Assembly: GCA_964589355.1 (NCBI GenBank)
Contig: CAZPTG010000001.1
Span: forward strand, 31-64,030
Reading direction: 5' to 3'
Length of the DNA stretch: 64,000 bases
Source: an uncultured Spirochaetaceae bacterium
Lineage (GTDB): Bacteria > Spirochaetota > Spirochaetia > Sphaerochaetales > Sphaerochaetaceae
Of the stretch, positions 62,896-64,000 are shown one piece after another (positions within the stretch are counted from its first letter, which is position 1; the number at the start of each line of letters is the position of its first letter). The translations under genes and the position numbers were made by a program. Below the pieces are notes generated by a model. That model saw only the letters and a program-made list of their open reading frames with translations. It did no database searches and was not told where the DNA came from.

Positions 62896-64000
62896 ATGCC
62901 TAAACAACAACAACAACAGCACGCCAGTACTTTTTCAGGCGGCATGAATAAAGATTTGGACTATAGCGTCATGAAGCCTAATATGTATCTCCATGCTGAG
63001 AATCTAAGGCTCATTGCTGATGAATATAACTCTACTGGCGCACTAGAGAATATAAAAGGTAATACGCTGTCTTTAGCTAATACAGATATTAGGCTTAATA
63101 GTGTTGAAAGCTCCTATTACTACGATCTTATAGGCTATACTGTTAATGGTAGCAGAGTAATACTATTTCTAGTTGCAGATGGTTCTGACCACTCTTCAAT
63201 ATATGAAGTAGTATTTGATGGTAGCACTGTAAGTTCTCATAAAGAGCTGTATAGTGATTATGACGCTATATATAGCTATTCTGGTTATGAGGGTTTTGGC
63301 TGGGATACCAGTACTAATATATCTGCTATACTGAGGGCTGAAACTGATAATGTTGAAAACCTATATTGGCTTGACGGTACTTCTGGTATAAGGCGTTTTA
63401 ATGTATTAGATGCTCCTGAAGGTGTTAAAGATGATTCAGGATACTATGTATCACCAAGTAGTCTATCTTCTTCACCTTCATTTCCTTTTACGGACTCTAG
63501 TATAGAATTGTCTTCTATAGGTAATGGGTCTTTATTAGCGGGTACTGTTCAATACGCTTATAGATTTGTATCAAATAGCGGTAGTCAATCTCCTATATCT
63601 AACTTAACTGGACTATATCACATATCTAAATCGAATGAATTTGCATCTAATACTAGGACATATACAGGCTCAGACGTAGATGAAAACTGTGGTAAGGCAT
63701 TCATTATGGAAGTTACAGTTACTGATTCTATAGTTAAATTATATGATAAAATTATACCTTACTCTGTACACTACGATTCTATTACTGGTACTCCCTTAAT
63801 AAACAGGATTAGTCAGGTAAGTATGTCTTCAGGGACTACTAGTTACAAGTTTACAGATACAGGTTCTAGCTACGAAGGTACTATAACTTTAGAGGAATTA
63901 CTAGTAGAATCTAGTACTACTACTAGTGCTTCCAGCATAATAAGCAAAGCTAGGTTATTAGAGAGTAAAGATAATAGGCTATTTTTAGCTGATGTAGAGA
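62896..64000 (+). CDS. large hypothetical virion protein, 3' end beyond window
   Basis: Own translation from the ATG at 62896 (MPKQQQQQHASTFSGGMNKDLDYSVMKPNMYLHAENLRLIADEYN...) stays open to the window end. It is absent from the track because there is no stop. Confidence 0.6.
   Translation, partial: MPKQQQQQHASTFSGGMNKDLDYSVMKPNMYLHAENLRLIADEYNSTGALENIKGNTLSLANTDIRLNSVESSYYYDLIGYTVNGSRVILFLVADGSDHSSIYEVVFDGSTVSSHKELYSDYDAIYSYSGYEGFGWDTSTNISAILRAETDNVENLYWLDGTSGIRRFNVLDAPEGVKDDSGYYVSPSSLSSSPSFPFTDSSIELSSIGNGSLLAGTVQYAYRFVSNSGSQSPISNLTGLYHISKSNEFASNTRTYTGSDVDENCGKAFIMEVTVTDSIVKLYDKIIPYSVHYDSITGTPLINRISQVSMSSGTTSYKFTDTGSSYEGTITLEELLVESSTTTSASSIISKARLLESKDNRLFLADVE

Overview
This window is a segment of a tailed dsDNA phage genome. 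It is AT-rich and tightly packed, with no Shine-Dalgarno sequence upstream of starts, which by inference only fits a Bacteroidota-type host.

**Layout**
- 1-30.7 kb is read leftward (minus strand). It holds the replication and recombination module: a PD-(D/E)XK exonuclease, a DUF1064-like nuclease, a TOPRIM primase, an SSB, a Sak4-like ATPase, a DnaB-like helicase and a family A DNA polymerase. It also holds a lytic transglycosylase, a cold-shock protein, a methyltransferase and about 25 small early ORFs.
- 30.7-31.2 kb is a divergent control region.
- 31.2-64 kb is read rightward. It holds GroES-like and Hsp20 genes, small ORFs, the terminase, portal, scaffold and capsid. TerL is split by a 372-aa LAGLIDADG intein. 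Downstream come a separately terminated glycosyltransferase / endonuclease VII / methyltransferase insert, collagen-like and 1610-aa fibres, and an M15 lysis cassette.

**The unusual content is at the RNA level**
1. A 1.3-kb ORF-free, GC-enriched island (19.8-21.1 kb) ends in an intrinsic terminator and has no assignable class.
2. A clear group I (IC3-like) ribozyme core lies on the minus strand at 24.17-24.40 kb. A LAGLIDADG gene sits on the opposite strand, and no host gene is obvious.
3. Two tRNA clusters contain tRNA halves separated by insertions of 47 to about 320 nt. One of these carries a group I-like P7 pairing.
4. A conserved AAACCACAAAA box sits about 9 nt upstream of nearly every start codon between 25.2 and 29.6 kb.

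An in-frame TAG interrupts the Hsp20 gene. All functional calls rest on motifs read by eye, because no searches could be run.
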